Shown here: positions 1 to 8,520 of the stretch, piece after piece
How the letters are laid out: each line of letters begins with the position of its first letter
How positions within the stretch are numbered: the stretch's first letter is position 1
Assembly: GCA_025055575.1 (NCBI GenBank)
Contig: JANWWP010000034.1
Location: 273 to 64,272 of the forward strand
Reading direction: 5' to 3'
DNA from: Flavobacteriales bacterium
GTDB taxonomy: Bacteria > Bacteroidota > Bacteroidia > CAIKAF01
DNA length: 64,000 bases
Notes under the pieces: model-generated
Database searches by the model: none
Told to the model about the DNA's origin: nothing
Seen by the model: only the letters and a program-made list of their open reading frames with translations
Program-made: the position numbers and the translations under genes

Positions 1-1
1 G

Positions 2-655
2 AAATATCAATTCGGTCGTATCCTCTTTGTGAACGGGGCCCCTGGTCGTGACACGGCCTTTGTGAGAGCGCTGGGGGAAGCCACGGAAAAAGCCCTTCAA
101 AAGGTGCGCCCCACAGGAAAAGTGTTTTACCGCGTCAATTCGGTTCAGGAAATTGGATCGGCTCTTGACCCCAGTTCTGAAAATCTGATTTATTATCCTT
201 CCACTCGCGAAACGGCAGTCAATAGTTTTTTAAATCAGCTTAGAGCCCTGCAGAAAAATATTCCTTTGGCGGTTCTGGGTGATGAAAGCTGGTTGGCTTT
301 CAGTACTGCCGATTTAGACTTTTTTTCCCAAGTCCGATTAAGGATTCCGGTTCAAAATTTTGTCACCCGCGGCGACACCTTGTTTGACCGTTTTTACAAT
401 TTCTGTCAAAAAGAATTCGGTACCGAACCCGATTTCTATGCATTTCGTGCGTACGATATTTTGTGCTACGTGATGGATGTATTAGAAAATTATGGACATC
501 TGACTGCCGAATGTTTAGAAAAGGAAAGCCGACGCTATTTGTTGTCTCCAATCAAGCTCCAGCGCATTCCTGGCACTGAGGTGTGGGAAAACAAAGGTAT
601 CTCGGTGCTCACTTTGATGCACAACGACTTGTTTTTTGAAACATTCGGAGATTAA
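2..655 (+). CDS. C-terminal part of a probable periplasmic-binding-protein-like (PBP1/LppC-like) envelope protein, often LysM-fused in Bacteroidota; 5'-truncated by the window
   Basis: The frame is open from base 2 (KYQFGRILFVNG...). The C-terminus FCQKEFGTEPDFYAFRAYD...WENKG resembles type I periplasmic binding folds of Bacteroidota LysM proteins. Confidence 0.55.
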   Translation, partial: KYQFGRILFVNGAPGRDTAFVRALGEATEKALQKVRPTGKVFYRVNSVQEIGSALDPSSENLIYYPSTRETAVNSFLNQLRALQKNIPLAVLGDESWLAFSTADLDFFSQVRLRIPVQNFVTRGDTLFDRFYNFCQKEFGTEPDFYAFRAYDILCYVMDVLENYGHLTAECLEKESRRYLLSPIKLQRIPGTEVWENKGISVLTLMHNDLFFETFGD

Positions 656-672
656 ACCGTCCCCTCCCAGAT

Positions 673-2700
673 ATGGAACTATCCTCGGAAACCCTCTCCA
701 AAAATCCTGGCCAGTGGCCCGTAGTATTTGACAGGTCGCCTTTCAGCGATGAAGAATTGCGCCATATTTATAAAGCCCTGCTATACCCCCGACTGATAGA
801 GGAGAAAATGCTGATTCTCCTGCGCCAGGGGCGGATTTCAAAATGGTTTTCCGGCATAGGACAGGAAGCCATATCTGTGGGGTGTGCCTTAGGCATGCAG
901 GCGGATGAATACCTGTTGCCCATGCACCGCAATCTGGGCATGTTTACAGCCCGTGGGGTGCCGCTCAAAAAGTTGTTCCTCCAGTTTCAGGGACGAAAAG
1001 AAGGATTTTCTAAAGGAAGGGAACGTTCATTCCATTTTGGCACCCAGGAATACAAAATTGTGGGAATGATCTCCCACCTGGGGCCCCAGATGGCCGTGGC
1101 CGATGGCATTGCCCTGGCATCCAAACTCAGGGGAGAAGGCAAGGCCACTTTGGTAATTACCGGCGATGGAGCCACCAGCGAGGGCGACTTTCACGAAGCT
1201 TTAAATGTGGCTTCTGTGTGGGATTTGCCGGTACTATTTGTCATTGAAAACAACGGCTACGGACTAAGCACACCCAGCCATGAGCAATTCAAGTGTGCCC
1301 TTCTATCCGATCGTGCGCCCGGCTATGCTATGGAATCCGTGGTCCTGGATGGGAATAATGTTTTGGAAATGGTGCATGCGGTGCGCACCATCGCCCGGTC
1401 GGTCCGGAGCAAACCCCGCCCCGTTATGTTGGAGTGTATTACCTTCAGGATGCGGGGCCACGAGGAGGCTTCAGGCACAAAATATGTCCCAAAAGAACTA
1501 TTTGAAATGTGGGAAAAAAAGGATCCCATCTCCACCTATGAAAAATTTTTATTGAGCGAAGGAATCCTTTCTGTGGCTGATGTAGGTCGCATACGTGAAG
1601 AATTGAAAGAGCACATCCACCGCGAGGTGGAGGAGGGACTTGCCGTTCCGCCTCTCGTTCCGGACACGGAGGAAGAGCTCAGGGATGTCTATGCCCCTTT
1701 TTCGCCGACGCCTCATCTGCCCGAACCCGATGTTCGAAGGGACATTCGCTTTGTGGACGCCGTCAAGGAGGGCTTAGACCTCGCGATGGAGCGGCATCCT
1801 GAGTTGGTGCTGATGGGACAGGATATTGCAGAGTATGGAGGTGTTTTTAAGGTGACGGAAGGCTTTGTAGAAAAATACGGAAAAGAGCGGGTGCGTAATA
1901 CGCCTCTCTGCGAGTCGGCCATTGTGGGTTGCGCCCTGGGCTTGAGTATTCGCGGGATGAAGGCCATGGTAGAAATGCAATTTGCCGATTTTGTGACCTG
2001 TGGTTTTAATCAGATTGTGAATAACCTGGCCAAGATTCACTATAGGTGGGGCCAAAATGCGGATGTGGTGATACGGATGCCTACCGGCGCAGGCGTGAAT
2101 GCCGGACCTTTTCATAGCCAAAGCACGGAAGCATGGTTTTTTCATGTGCCGGGCCTTAAAATCTTGTATCCGGCTTTTCCGGATGACGCCAAAGGTTTGT
2201 TGTTGGCTGCGTTCGAAGATCCTAACCCGGTGATGTTTTTCGAACACAAAGCCCTGTACCGAAGTGTTACCGGAGACCTGCCCAAAGGTTATTACACTGT
2301 GCCCATTGGTCAAGCCCGTTGGGTGCACCGCGGCAGCCGGGCCACCATCATCACCTATGGGTTTGGGGTGCACTGGGCTTTGGAGTTGACGCGCAAACCG
2401 GAATACAGCCGTGTGGGAATATTAGACCTGAGAACTTTGTTGCCCTTTGACCGAGATGCAATTTTGAAAGCTGTACGGCAAACCAACCGCGTTCTCATCT
2501 TGCATGAGGATACCCTCACCGGAGGCATCGGCGCTGAGATTGCGGCCTTTATTCAGGAAACGGCCTTCGGTCATCTGGATGCCCCGGTCATGCGCTGCGC
2601 GGCCTTAGATACCCCCGTTCCGTTCGCCCATGAATTGGAGTGGAATTTCCTCCCCAAAAACAGGCTTGAGCAAAAAATCAAAGAACTTCTGGCTTTCTGA
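673..2700 (+). CDS. 2-oxoacid (probably branched-chain) dehydrogenase E1, fused alpha/beta subunits
   Basis: TPP motif GDGATSEG..ENNGY and RMRGH in the alpha part; NTPLCE, EMQFADF, GPFHSQS and FFEHKALY in the beta part. Confidence 0.93.
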   Translation: MELSSETLSKNPGQWPVVFDRSPFSDEELRHIYKALLYPRLIEEKMLILLRQGRISKWFSGIGQEAISVGCALGMQADEYLLPMHRNLGMFTARGVPLKKLFLQFQGRKEGFSKGRERSFHFGTQEYKIVGMISHLGPQMAVADGIALASKLRGEGKATLVITGDGATSEGDFHEALNVASVWDLPVLFVIENNGYGLSTPSHEQFKCALLSDRAPGYAMESVVLDGNNVLEMVHAVRTIARSVRSKPRPVMLECITFRMRGHEEASGTKYVPKELFEMWEKKDPISTYEKFLLSEGILSVADVGRIREELKEHIHREVEEGLAVPPLVPDTEEELRDVYAPFSPTPHLPEPDVRRDIRFVDAVKEGLDLAMERHPELVLMGQDIAEYGGVFKVTEGFVEKYGKERVRNTPLCESAIVGCALGLSIRGMKAMVEMQFADFVTCGFNQIVNNLAKIHYRWGQNADVVIRMPTGAGVNAGPFHSQSTEAWFFHVPGLKILYPAFPDDAKGLLLAAFEDPNPVMFFEHKALYRSVTGDLPKGYYTVPIGQARWVHRGSRATIITYGFGVHWALELTRKPEYSRVGILDLRTLLPFDRDAILKAVRQTNRVLILHEDTLTGGIGAEIAAFIQETAFGHLDAPVMRCAALDTPVPFAHELEWNFLPKNRLEQKIKELLAF

Positions 2701-4628
2701 TGCACCCAGCCCTGCATAAGGCCATTATTTTGGCCGGCGGCAAAGGCAGTCGGTTGCAGGCGGAGGCCCGCAATCGTCCCAAATGCCTAACGCCCATAGC
2801 CGGCAAACCCGTTTTGCAATGGCAGCTGGAATGGTGTGCCCGGTGGGGTTTGCATGATGTGACCTTATACATCGCCCAAATGGGCGATCAGGTGCGAGAA
2901 TTTGTTGAGATCCATAGAAATCTCTGGACCAATCTGAAGTTTCGGTTTTTTGAGGAACCTTTTCCCGCCGGGACGGCCGGAGGTTTGGCTTTGGATGACC
3001 AACGACCCCGGGAGGCTTTTGTTCTTATTTATGGGGATGTCATTTTCAATATCCACCTGCCCCGCCTTTTTCATTTTCATTTGGAAAAGAAAGCCGATGC
3101 CACTTTAGTGGTGCATCCCAACGATCATCCCTTCGATAGCGATGTGCTGGAAATGGACGAGGAGGGCTGGATCACCAAAGTTTTTCCCAAACCCCATGAC
3201 CCTTCCAGCCTGCCACGAAGGAATCTGGTGAATGCGGCATTGTATGTTCTCACGCCCGCTGTCTATCCTTTTATTCCGGTAGGCGTGCCTTCAGATTTTG
3301 GACGGGATATTCTTCCACATCTTGTTTCCCGCCTTCGCGTGGCGGGATACAACACGATAGAATATATCAAAGACATGGGCACCCCAGAACGCCTTCATCA
3401 GGTGGAAGCCGATGTACAATCCGGAGTTTTGGAAAAAGCTACTTATTCGGTATTTCGCCCTGCGGTTTTCCTGGACAGAGACGGTACCATCAATCCGGAA
3501 AAAGGTTTTTTGACCCGCTGGCAGGATTTTGAGCTTTTGCCTTCTACGGCCGAGGCTGTCCGGCATTTGAACAGGCGCCACTGGCCGGTGGTTGTGGTCA
3601 CCAATCAAAGCGGGTTGGCCCGAAACCTGCTTTCGCGGGAAGAACTTCGTTTAATTCACAATCGCATGGATGTCCTTTTGGGAGAGCGGGGAGCATGGAT
3701 TGACGACCTTCTGTATTGTCCGCATCATCCGGATGCCGGCTATCCTGAAGAAAATCGAGATCTAAAAATACCATGTTCCTGCCGCAAACCTGCCCCTGGA
3801 ATGATACTTCAGGCTGCTGAGCGGCACCAACTGAATCTTTTGGCCAGCTGGATGATCGGAGACTCCCGGCGCGATATCGATGCAGGACGGGCCGCCGGGT
3901 GTTCTACAATTGGCGTTCGTACAGGGGTTGGATGTCGCGATGCGGTATGGCCTCCAGATATTTTTTGTAACACCTTGGCGGAGGCCGTCTCCTTCCTGTG
4001 CGATGACCGCTACTGGCACCATGTAGAGGCCCTGGCCAAAAACTTATCGGGCTGTAAAGGAATTCTTATTTTCGGTCATCCAGCCAGTGGCAAAAGTACT
4101 TTGGCCGGCGCCTTGCACCACGTCTTGAAAAAACGGGGGCTACCCGTGATGCGTCTTTGGCTGGATTTTTGGATTGCACCGATCAGAAACCGCCCTCAGG
4201 ACGTATCAGGACGTTTGGGAATCGCACGACTCCTGGAAGATCTCCATCTTCTGCTGGAAGGAAAGGCAGTCAAAATATTTCCTTACATGTCCGCTTCACG
4301 CGAAGCATCTGAAGAATCCATAGAAATCCAGGCGCCCCCCCACACATTTTGGATTGTGGAGGGGGTGGCTGCCGGGCATCCCGCCTTGCAAGACCTGGCT
4401 GAAAGTCAGGGGTGGCGACGCTTGAAGTGCCATACCACGCCTGAAATCAGAAACCGAAGAATCCAAGAATTTTACACCTGGAAAGGCCTTTCTGCCTTAG
4501 AAATACAAAAAATTTTAAACGACCGGCTGCCTTTTGAAGAGGCCACCCTTGACATGTGGTGTCCGGATTCGGTTGAACTGTGGACGGAAGCCTATGGAAA
4601 TAACCCCGCTGAAACGGCCCAAAATTGA
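2700..4628 (+). CDS. Three-domain fusion: sugar-1-phosphate nucleotidyltransferase (HddC-like), HAD-IIIA GmhB-like heptose bisphosphate phosphatase and P-loop kinase-like domain
   Basis: ILAGGKGSRL..PK, GTAGGL, YGD and KDMGTPERL; then FLDRDGTIN, VTNQSG, CPHHP..CSCRKP and IGDSRRD; then Walker A GHPASGKST and WIVEG. Overlaps the upstream stop (TGATG). Confidence 0.85.
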   Translation: MHPALHKAIILAGGKGSRLQAEARNRPKCLTPIAGKPVLQWQLEWCARWGLHDVTLYIAQMGDQVREFVEIHRNLWTNLKFRFFEEPFPAGTAGGLALDDQRPREAFVLIYGDVIFNIHLPRLFHFHLEKKADATLVVHPNDHPFDSDVLEMDEEGWITKVFPKPHDPSSLPRRNLVNAALYVLTPAVYPFIPVGVPSDFGRDILPHLVSRLRVAGYNTIEYIKDMGTPERLHQVEADVQSGVLEKATYSVFRPAVFLDRDGTINPEKGFLTRWQDFELLPSTAEAVRHLNRRHWPVVVVTNQSGLARNLLSREELRLIHNRMDVLLGERGAWIDDLLYCPHHPDAGYPEENRDLKIPCSCRKPAPGMILQAAERHQLNLLASWMIGDSRRDIDAGRAAGCSTIGVRTGVGCRDAVWPPDIFCNTLAEAVSFLCDDRYWHHVEALAKNLSGCKGILIFGHPASGKSTLAGALHHVLKKRGLPVMRLWLDFWIAPIRNRPQDVSGRLGIARLLEDLHLLLEGKAVKIFPYMSASREASEESIEIQAPPHTFWIVEGVAAGHPALQDLAESQGWRRLKCHTTPEIRNRRIQEFYTWKGLSALEIQKILNDRLPFEEATLDMWCPDSVELWTEAYGNNPAETAQN

Positions 4629-4702
4629 ATGCGACTCAGTGCCTACGGTCTAAGCCAAAAATTTGCAAAAACAAACTGAAAAGTCGCAGATTTGTAGGGA
4701 AC

Positions 4703-5920
4703 ATGGGAGACAACCAGAGTTTATTGGATACGGTGCTCCAAAAAGCCAAGGCTCTATGGCCTGAACTTTTAGAATGGCGCCGTCATCTGCATGAAAATCC
4801 GGAGCTGTCGTTTCAGGAATATAAAACCCAGGCCTGGTTGCGCGAGAAGCTGGGAGAAATGGGCATTGAATGCCACCCAGTGGCTGAAACAGGGCTTTGG
4901 GGGATTCTGAAATCGGAAGATGCCGGGGAGGAAGAGCCAGTCTTCTGGCTAAGGGCAGACATGGATGCTCTGCCCATCCACGAGAACGAAGAAAAACCCT
5001 GTGTAAGCCACAATCCTGGGGTGATGCACGCCTGCGGGCACGACGTGCACAGCGCTTGTTTGTTAGGCGCCTTAAATATTCTCAAACAATTGAGATTGTC
5101 TTGGCATGGAAAGGTGGGTTTTGTTTTTCAGCCGGGGGAGGAAGTGTTGCCCGGGGGTGCCAGTCTGGTGGTTTCGAGCGGTCTTTTTACGTCTTTTTCC
5201 AACCTGGGCATGGCGGCCTTGCATGTAAGTCCGGAATTGGATGCCGGGTATTTGGGTTTTGCGGAAGGCCCTTTCATGGCATCGTCTGACGAAATTTACC
5301 TCACTTTTGAAGGGCCTGGCGGGCATGGGGCTTTGCCTCATCTCTCGGCAGATACCCTCCTGGCCGCTGCCAGCACATTGGTTATCCTTCAACAAGTGGC
5401 CAGCCGCCGCGCCCCCACGGCCACGCCCACCATTCTCTCCTTCGGCCGTTGCACGGCGCCGGGGGCCCCGAACGTGATTCCTTCCAAGGTTGAATTGGCC
5501 GGCACTTTCCGCACGTTGGATGAAGCCTGGCGCCGAGAAGCCCATCAACACATTCGCCGTATTGCAGAGCAAACGGCCGCCGCACACAGTGTGTCTCTTA
5601 CATGCGAAATTCGCCAGGGATATCCGGTCTTGGTGAACGACCCGGAGCTCACGCACCATGTTCGTGCGGCTATGGCATCTTTGTTTGGCGCGGAAAAAAT
5701 TGTGGAATTAAAGCCCCGAATGACCTCTGAGGATTTTTCTTTTTACGGAAGTCAGATGCCTGTGTGTCTTTTTAGATTGGGTACCGGAGGTCCAGAACAT
5801 CAATATCGGCATAGCGTGCACACCCCCCGCTTCGACATCCATCCGGAGGCCTTGTTCTATGGTGCTGCTGCGCTTGCCTGGGCGGCGTTAAGCAACCTTA
5901 ATGCCGGGAGAAAGCCATAA
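4703..5920 (+). CDS. M20 family amidohydrolase (Acy1/YhaA-like)
   Basis: RRHLHENPELSFQE, LRADMDALPI, MHACGHDVH, FQPGEE, GGHGALPH and SEDF motifs. ATG 4703 preferred over TTG 4625. Confidence 0.92.
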   Translation: MGDNQSLLDTVLQKAKALWPELLEWRRHLHENPELSFQEYKTQAWLREKLGEMGIECHPVAETGLWGILKSEDAGEEEPVFWLRADMDALPIHENEEKPCVSHNPGVMHACGHDVHSACLLGALNILKQLRLSWHGKVGFVFQPGEEVLPGGASLVVSSGLFTSFSNLGMAALHVSPELDAGYLGFAEGPFMASSDEIYLTFEGPGGHGALPHLSADTLLAAASTLVILQQVASRRAPTATPTILSFGRCTAPGAPNVIPSKVELAGTFRTLDEAWRREAHQHIRRIAEQTAAAHSVSLTCEIRQGYPVLVNDPELTHHVRAAMASLFGAEKIVELKPRMTSEDFSFYGSQMPVCLFRLGTGGPEHQYRHSVHTPRFDIHPEALFYGAAALAWAALSNLNAGRKP

Positions 5921-5921
5921 A

Positions 5922-5956
5922 AGTTCCTGTAAAGCTCAATAGACAGGACTCTTTTC
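5922..5956 (+). terminator. Possible weak intrinsic terminator after the amidohydrolase gene
   Basis: AGTTCCTGT...ACAGGACT imperfect inverted repeat followed by CTTTTC immediately after the stop codon. Confidence 0.35.
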
Positions 5957-6154
5957 ATGGCCGGATTGATTAAAAACATGGCACACCTTTAATTTTTTGA
6001 AAGTAAACAGTGTAATGTATTTTGTATTGATATTAAAATCATAATCTTAAAGAGGTATTATTTATGAATTTGTGTGTGAAATACGAGTAATTATCTTCAT
6101 AAGCATTTTCCTCAATATTGTTGTTTTTCCCCGTCCCTTGACCTGACCGGGATT

Positions 6155-6162
6155 TACTTTTG
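6155..6162 (+). promoter_or_regulatory. Bacteroidota sigma-A -7 element upstream of ffh
   Basis: TACTTTTG matches TAnnTTTG, 19 nt before the ATG. Confidence 0.65.
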
Positions 6163-6181
6163 CAAAACTGAAACGAACACC

Positions 6182-7519
6182 ATGTTTGAAAATCTAACCG
6201 AACGCCTGGAACGCTCTTTTAAGCTGATACGGGGCCAAGGGCGCATCACTGAAATCAATATTGCGGAGACCCTGAAGGAAGTGCGTCGTGCTCTTTTGGA
6301 TGCGGACGTCAATTACAAGGTGGCCAAGGAATTCACCGACATGGTGAAACAAAAAGCTCTAGGACAAAATGTATTGACTGCCGTTTCGCCGGGGCAGATG
6401 CTTGTGAAAATTGTACACGATGAACTGGCTGCCTTGATGGGTGGACAGGCCACTGATATTCGCCTGAAAGGCAACCCTGCCGTCATCCTAATGGCTGGAT
6501 TACAGGGCTCAGGAAAAACCACATTCACCGCAAAGCTGGGGCTGTATCTGCGCAGCAAAAAAGGCCGCAACCCCCTTTTGGTAGCTTGCGATGTGTATCG
6601 GCCGGCAGCCATTCAACAATTGCAGACTTTGGGCGATCAACTGAATCTGCGTGTGTATGCCGAGCCCGACAACAAAAACCCCTTAAGCATCGCGCGGAAT
6701 GCCCTGCAATTTGCCCGACAACATGGCCATACGGCGGTGCTGGTGGATACGGCCGGTCGCCTGGCAGTGGATCAGGAAATGATGGATGAGATTGCCGCTT
6801 TAAAAGAGGTGCTGGTGCCGGATGAAATACTTTTTGTAGTGGATGCTATGACCGGCCAGGATGCGGTGAACACCGCCAAAGCTTTTCATGACCGCCTGAA
6901 TTATGATGGGATAGTGCTCACTAAAATGGATGGAGACACCCGCGGCGGGGCGGCGCTTTCAATCCGTGCGGTGGTGAGCAAGCCGGTGAAGTTCATTGGC
7001 ACGGGCGAAAAACCTGAGGCTCTGGAAGTGTTTCATCCCGATCGAATGGCCGATCGCATCCTGGGCATGGGCGACATTGTCTCCTTAGTGGAAAAAGCCC
7101 AGGAACAGTACGATGAAGAAGAAGCCCGGAGGCTTCAGAAAAAAATAATACAAAACAAATTTGATTTTGAGGATTTTCTGAAACAAATCCATCAAATCAA
7201 AAAAATGGGCTCCATGAAGAACCTGATGAGTATGATTCCCGGTATGGGTAAAATGCTCAAAGACCTGGACCTCAACGACGATATATTCAAAAATGTAGAG
7301 GCCATCATTCGTTCTATGACTCCCGAAGAACGGCGCAATCCCCAAATCCTTAATGGAAGTCGCCGCCAGCGCATTGCAAGGGGCAGCGGAACCAGCCTGC
7401 AAGAAGTGAACCGCCTCATTCGTCAGTTTGAAGATATGCGCAAAATGATGCGAATGGTGAGCGATCCGGGCCAAATGGCCAAGCTGATGCGCCACATGCC
7501 TAAAATGCCAGGGCGGTGA
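6182..7519 (+). CDS. ffh: Signal recognition particle protein Ffh
   Basis: MFENLTERL N-domain, GLQGSGKTT, DVYRPAA, DTAGRL, TKMDGDTRGG and a Met-rich M domain. Confidence 0.99.
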   Translation: MFENLTERLERSFKLIRGQGRITEINIAETLKEVRRALLDADVNYKVAKEFTDMVKQKALGQNVLTAVSPGQMLVKIVHDELAALMGGQATDIRLKGNPAVILMAGLQGSGKTTFTAKLGLYLRSKKGRNPLLVACDVYRPAAIQQLQTLGDQLNLRVYAEPDNKNPLSIARNALQFARQHGHTAVLVDTAGRLAVDQEMMDEIAALKEVLVPDEILFVVDAMTGQDAVNTAKAFHDRLNYDGIVLTKMDGDTRGGAALSIRAVVSKPVKFIGTGEKPEALEVFHPDRMADRILGMGDIVSLVEKAQEQYDEEEARRLQKKIIQNKFDFEDFLKQIHQIKKMGSMKNLMSMIPGMGKMLKDLDLNDDIFKNVEAIIRSMTPEERRNPQILNGSRRQRIARGSGTSLQEVNRLIRQFEDMRKMMRMVSDPGQMAKLMRHMPKMPGR

Positions 7520-8421
7520 TGGGCAATTCGAAGAATCCTGTGCTTTTGGATGGGAAAAAAACATCCGATCAATTAAAAGCCAGCATCCAAATCAAGGCCC
7601 AGACCCTAACTTCCCTCTTAGGGAGGCCGCCGGGCCTGGCGGCCGTTTTGGTAGGTAATGACGGCGCCAGCGCGACGTATGTGGCCGCTAAAATGAAGGC
7701 CTGCGCAGCGTGTGGCATTCATTCCTTCACCGTGCATTTGCCGGAGGATATTGCCGAGGAGGAACTGCTTCAGGAGATTGAGAAATTAAACCACCAGGAA
7801 CATGTGGATGGCTTTATCGTGCAATTGCCTTTGCCTAAACACATTTCCGTGGAACGCGTGACGGAAGCCATCCGGCCTGAAAAAGATGTGGATTGTTTCC
7901 ACCCGGACAATGTGGGGCGGCTCACGTTGGGCCGGCCAAGATTTTTACCGGCCACACCGGGCGGTATTATCACCTTGTTTAACCATTACCATATTGAAAC
8001 CGAAGGCCGGCACGTGGTGGTGCTGGGCCGGAGCCATATTGTGGGACTTCCCATGACCCTCCTTCTGGCCGCTCCAGGCGCCGGAGGCAACGCCACTGTG
8101 ACGGTGTGTCATAGCCGCACTCAAAACCTGGAACACCACATGCAGCAGGCTGATATCCTTATTGCGGCCATAGGGAAGCCGGCTTTTGTTCAGGCCCATC
8201 ATGTGAAACCTGGCGCCGTTGTGGTGGATGTGGGTATCACTCGTGTTCCAGACAATACAGCGCCTCGTGGTTACCGGTTGCTGGGTGATGTAGATTTTCC
8301 GAAGGTCGCTCCTAAGTGCTCAGCCATCACACCTGTACCAGGCGGGGTGGGCCCCATGACCATCATCACTCTTTTGAGCAACACCTTGGAAGCCGCTTCC
8401 CGGAACATGAACCGGCTTTGA
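7519..8421 (+). CDS. folD: Bifunctional methylenetetrahydrofolate dehydrogenase/cyclohydrolase
   Basis: VQLPLP, KDVDCFHP, PATPGG, GRSHIVG, DVGITR and TPVPGGVGPMT motifs. TGATG overlap with ffh. Confidence 0.98.
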   Translation: MGNSKNPVLLDGKKTSDQLKASIQIKAQTLTSLLGRPPGLAAVLVGNDGASATYVAAKMKACAACGIHSFTVHLPEDIAEEELLQEIEKLNHQEHVDGFIVQLPLPKHISVERVTEAIRPEKDVDCFHPDNVGRLTLGRPRFLPATPGGIITLFNHYHIETEGRHVVVLGRSHIVGLPMTLLLAAPGAGGNATVTVCHSRTQNLEHHMQQADILIAAIGKPAFVQAHHVKPGAVVVDVGITRVPDNTAPRGYRLLGDVDFPKVAPKCSAITPVPGGVGPMTIITLLSNTLEAASRNMNRL

Positions 8422-8495
8422 TAGTCCTGTTGTTATTCTTTAGTTAAAACTCATTTCTTCGCCAATCTTTCGGAATATCAGGGGATTAGGGGTTT

Positions 8496-8503
8496 TAATT
8501 TTG
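8496..8503 (+). promoter_or_regulatory. -7 promoter element of the CocE/NonD hydrolase gene, embedded in a 9-bp inverted repeat
   Basis: TAATTTTG, flanked by AGGGGTTTT (8488-8496) and AAAACCCCT (8507-8515). Confidence 0.6.
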
Positions 8504-8520
8504 CACAAAACCCCTGAGTA

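Noticed and set aside
6130..6155. Minus-strand GGTCAGGTC upstream of ffh, resembling part of SRP (4.5S) RNA
   Set aside because: It lacks the following CGGAAG tetraloop hairpin and AGCA motif, and no long hairpin forms.
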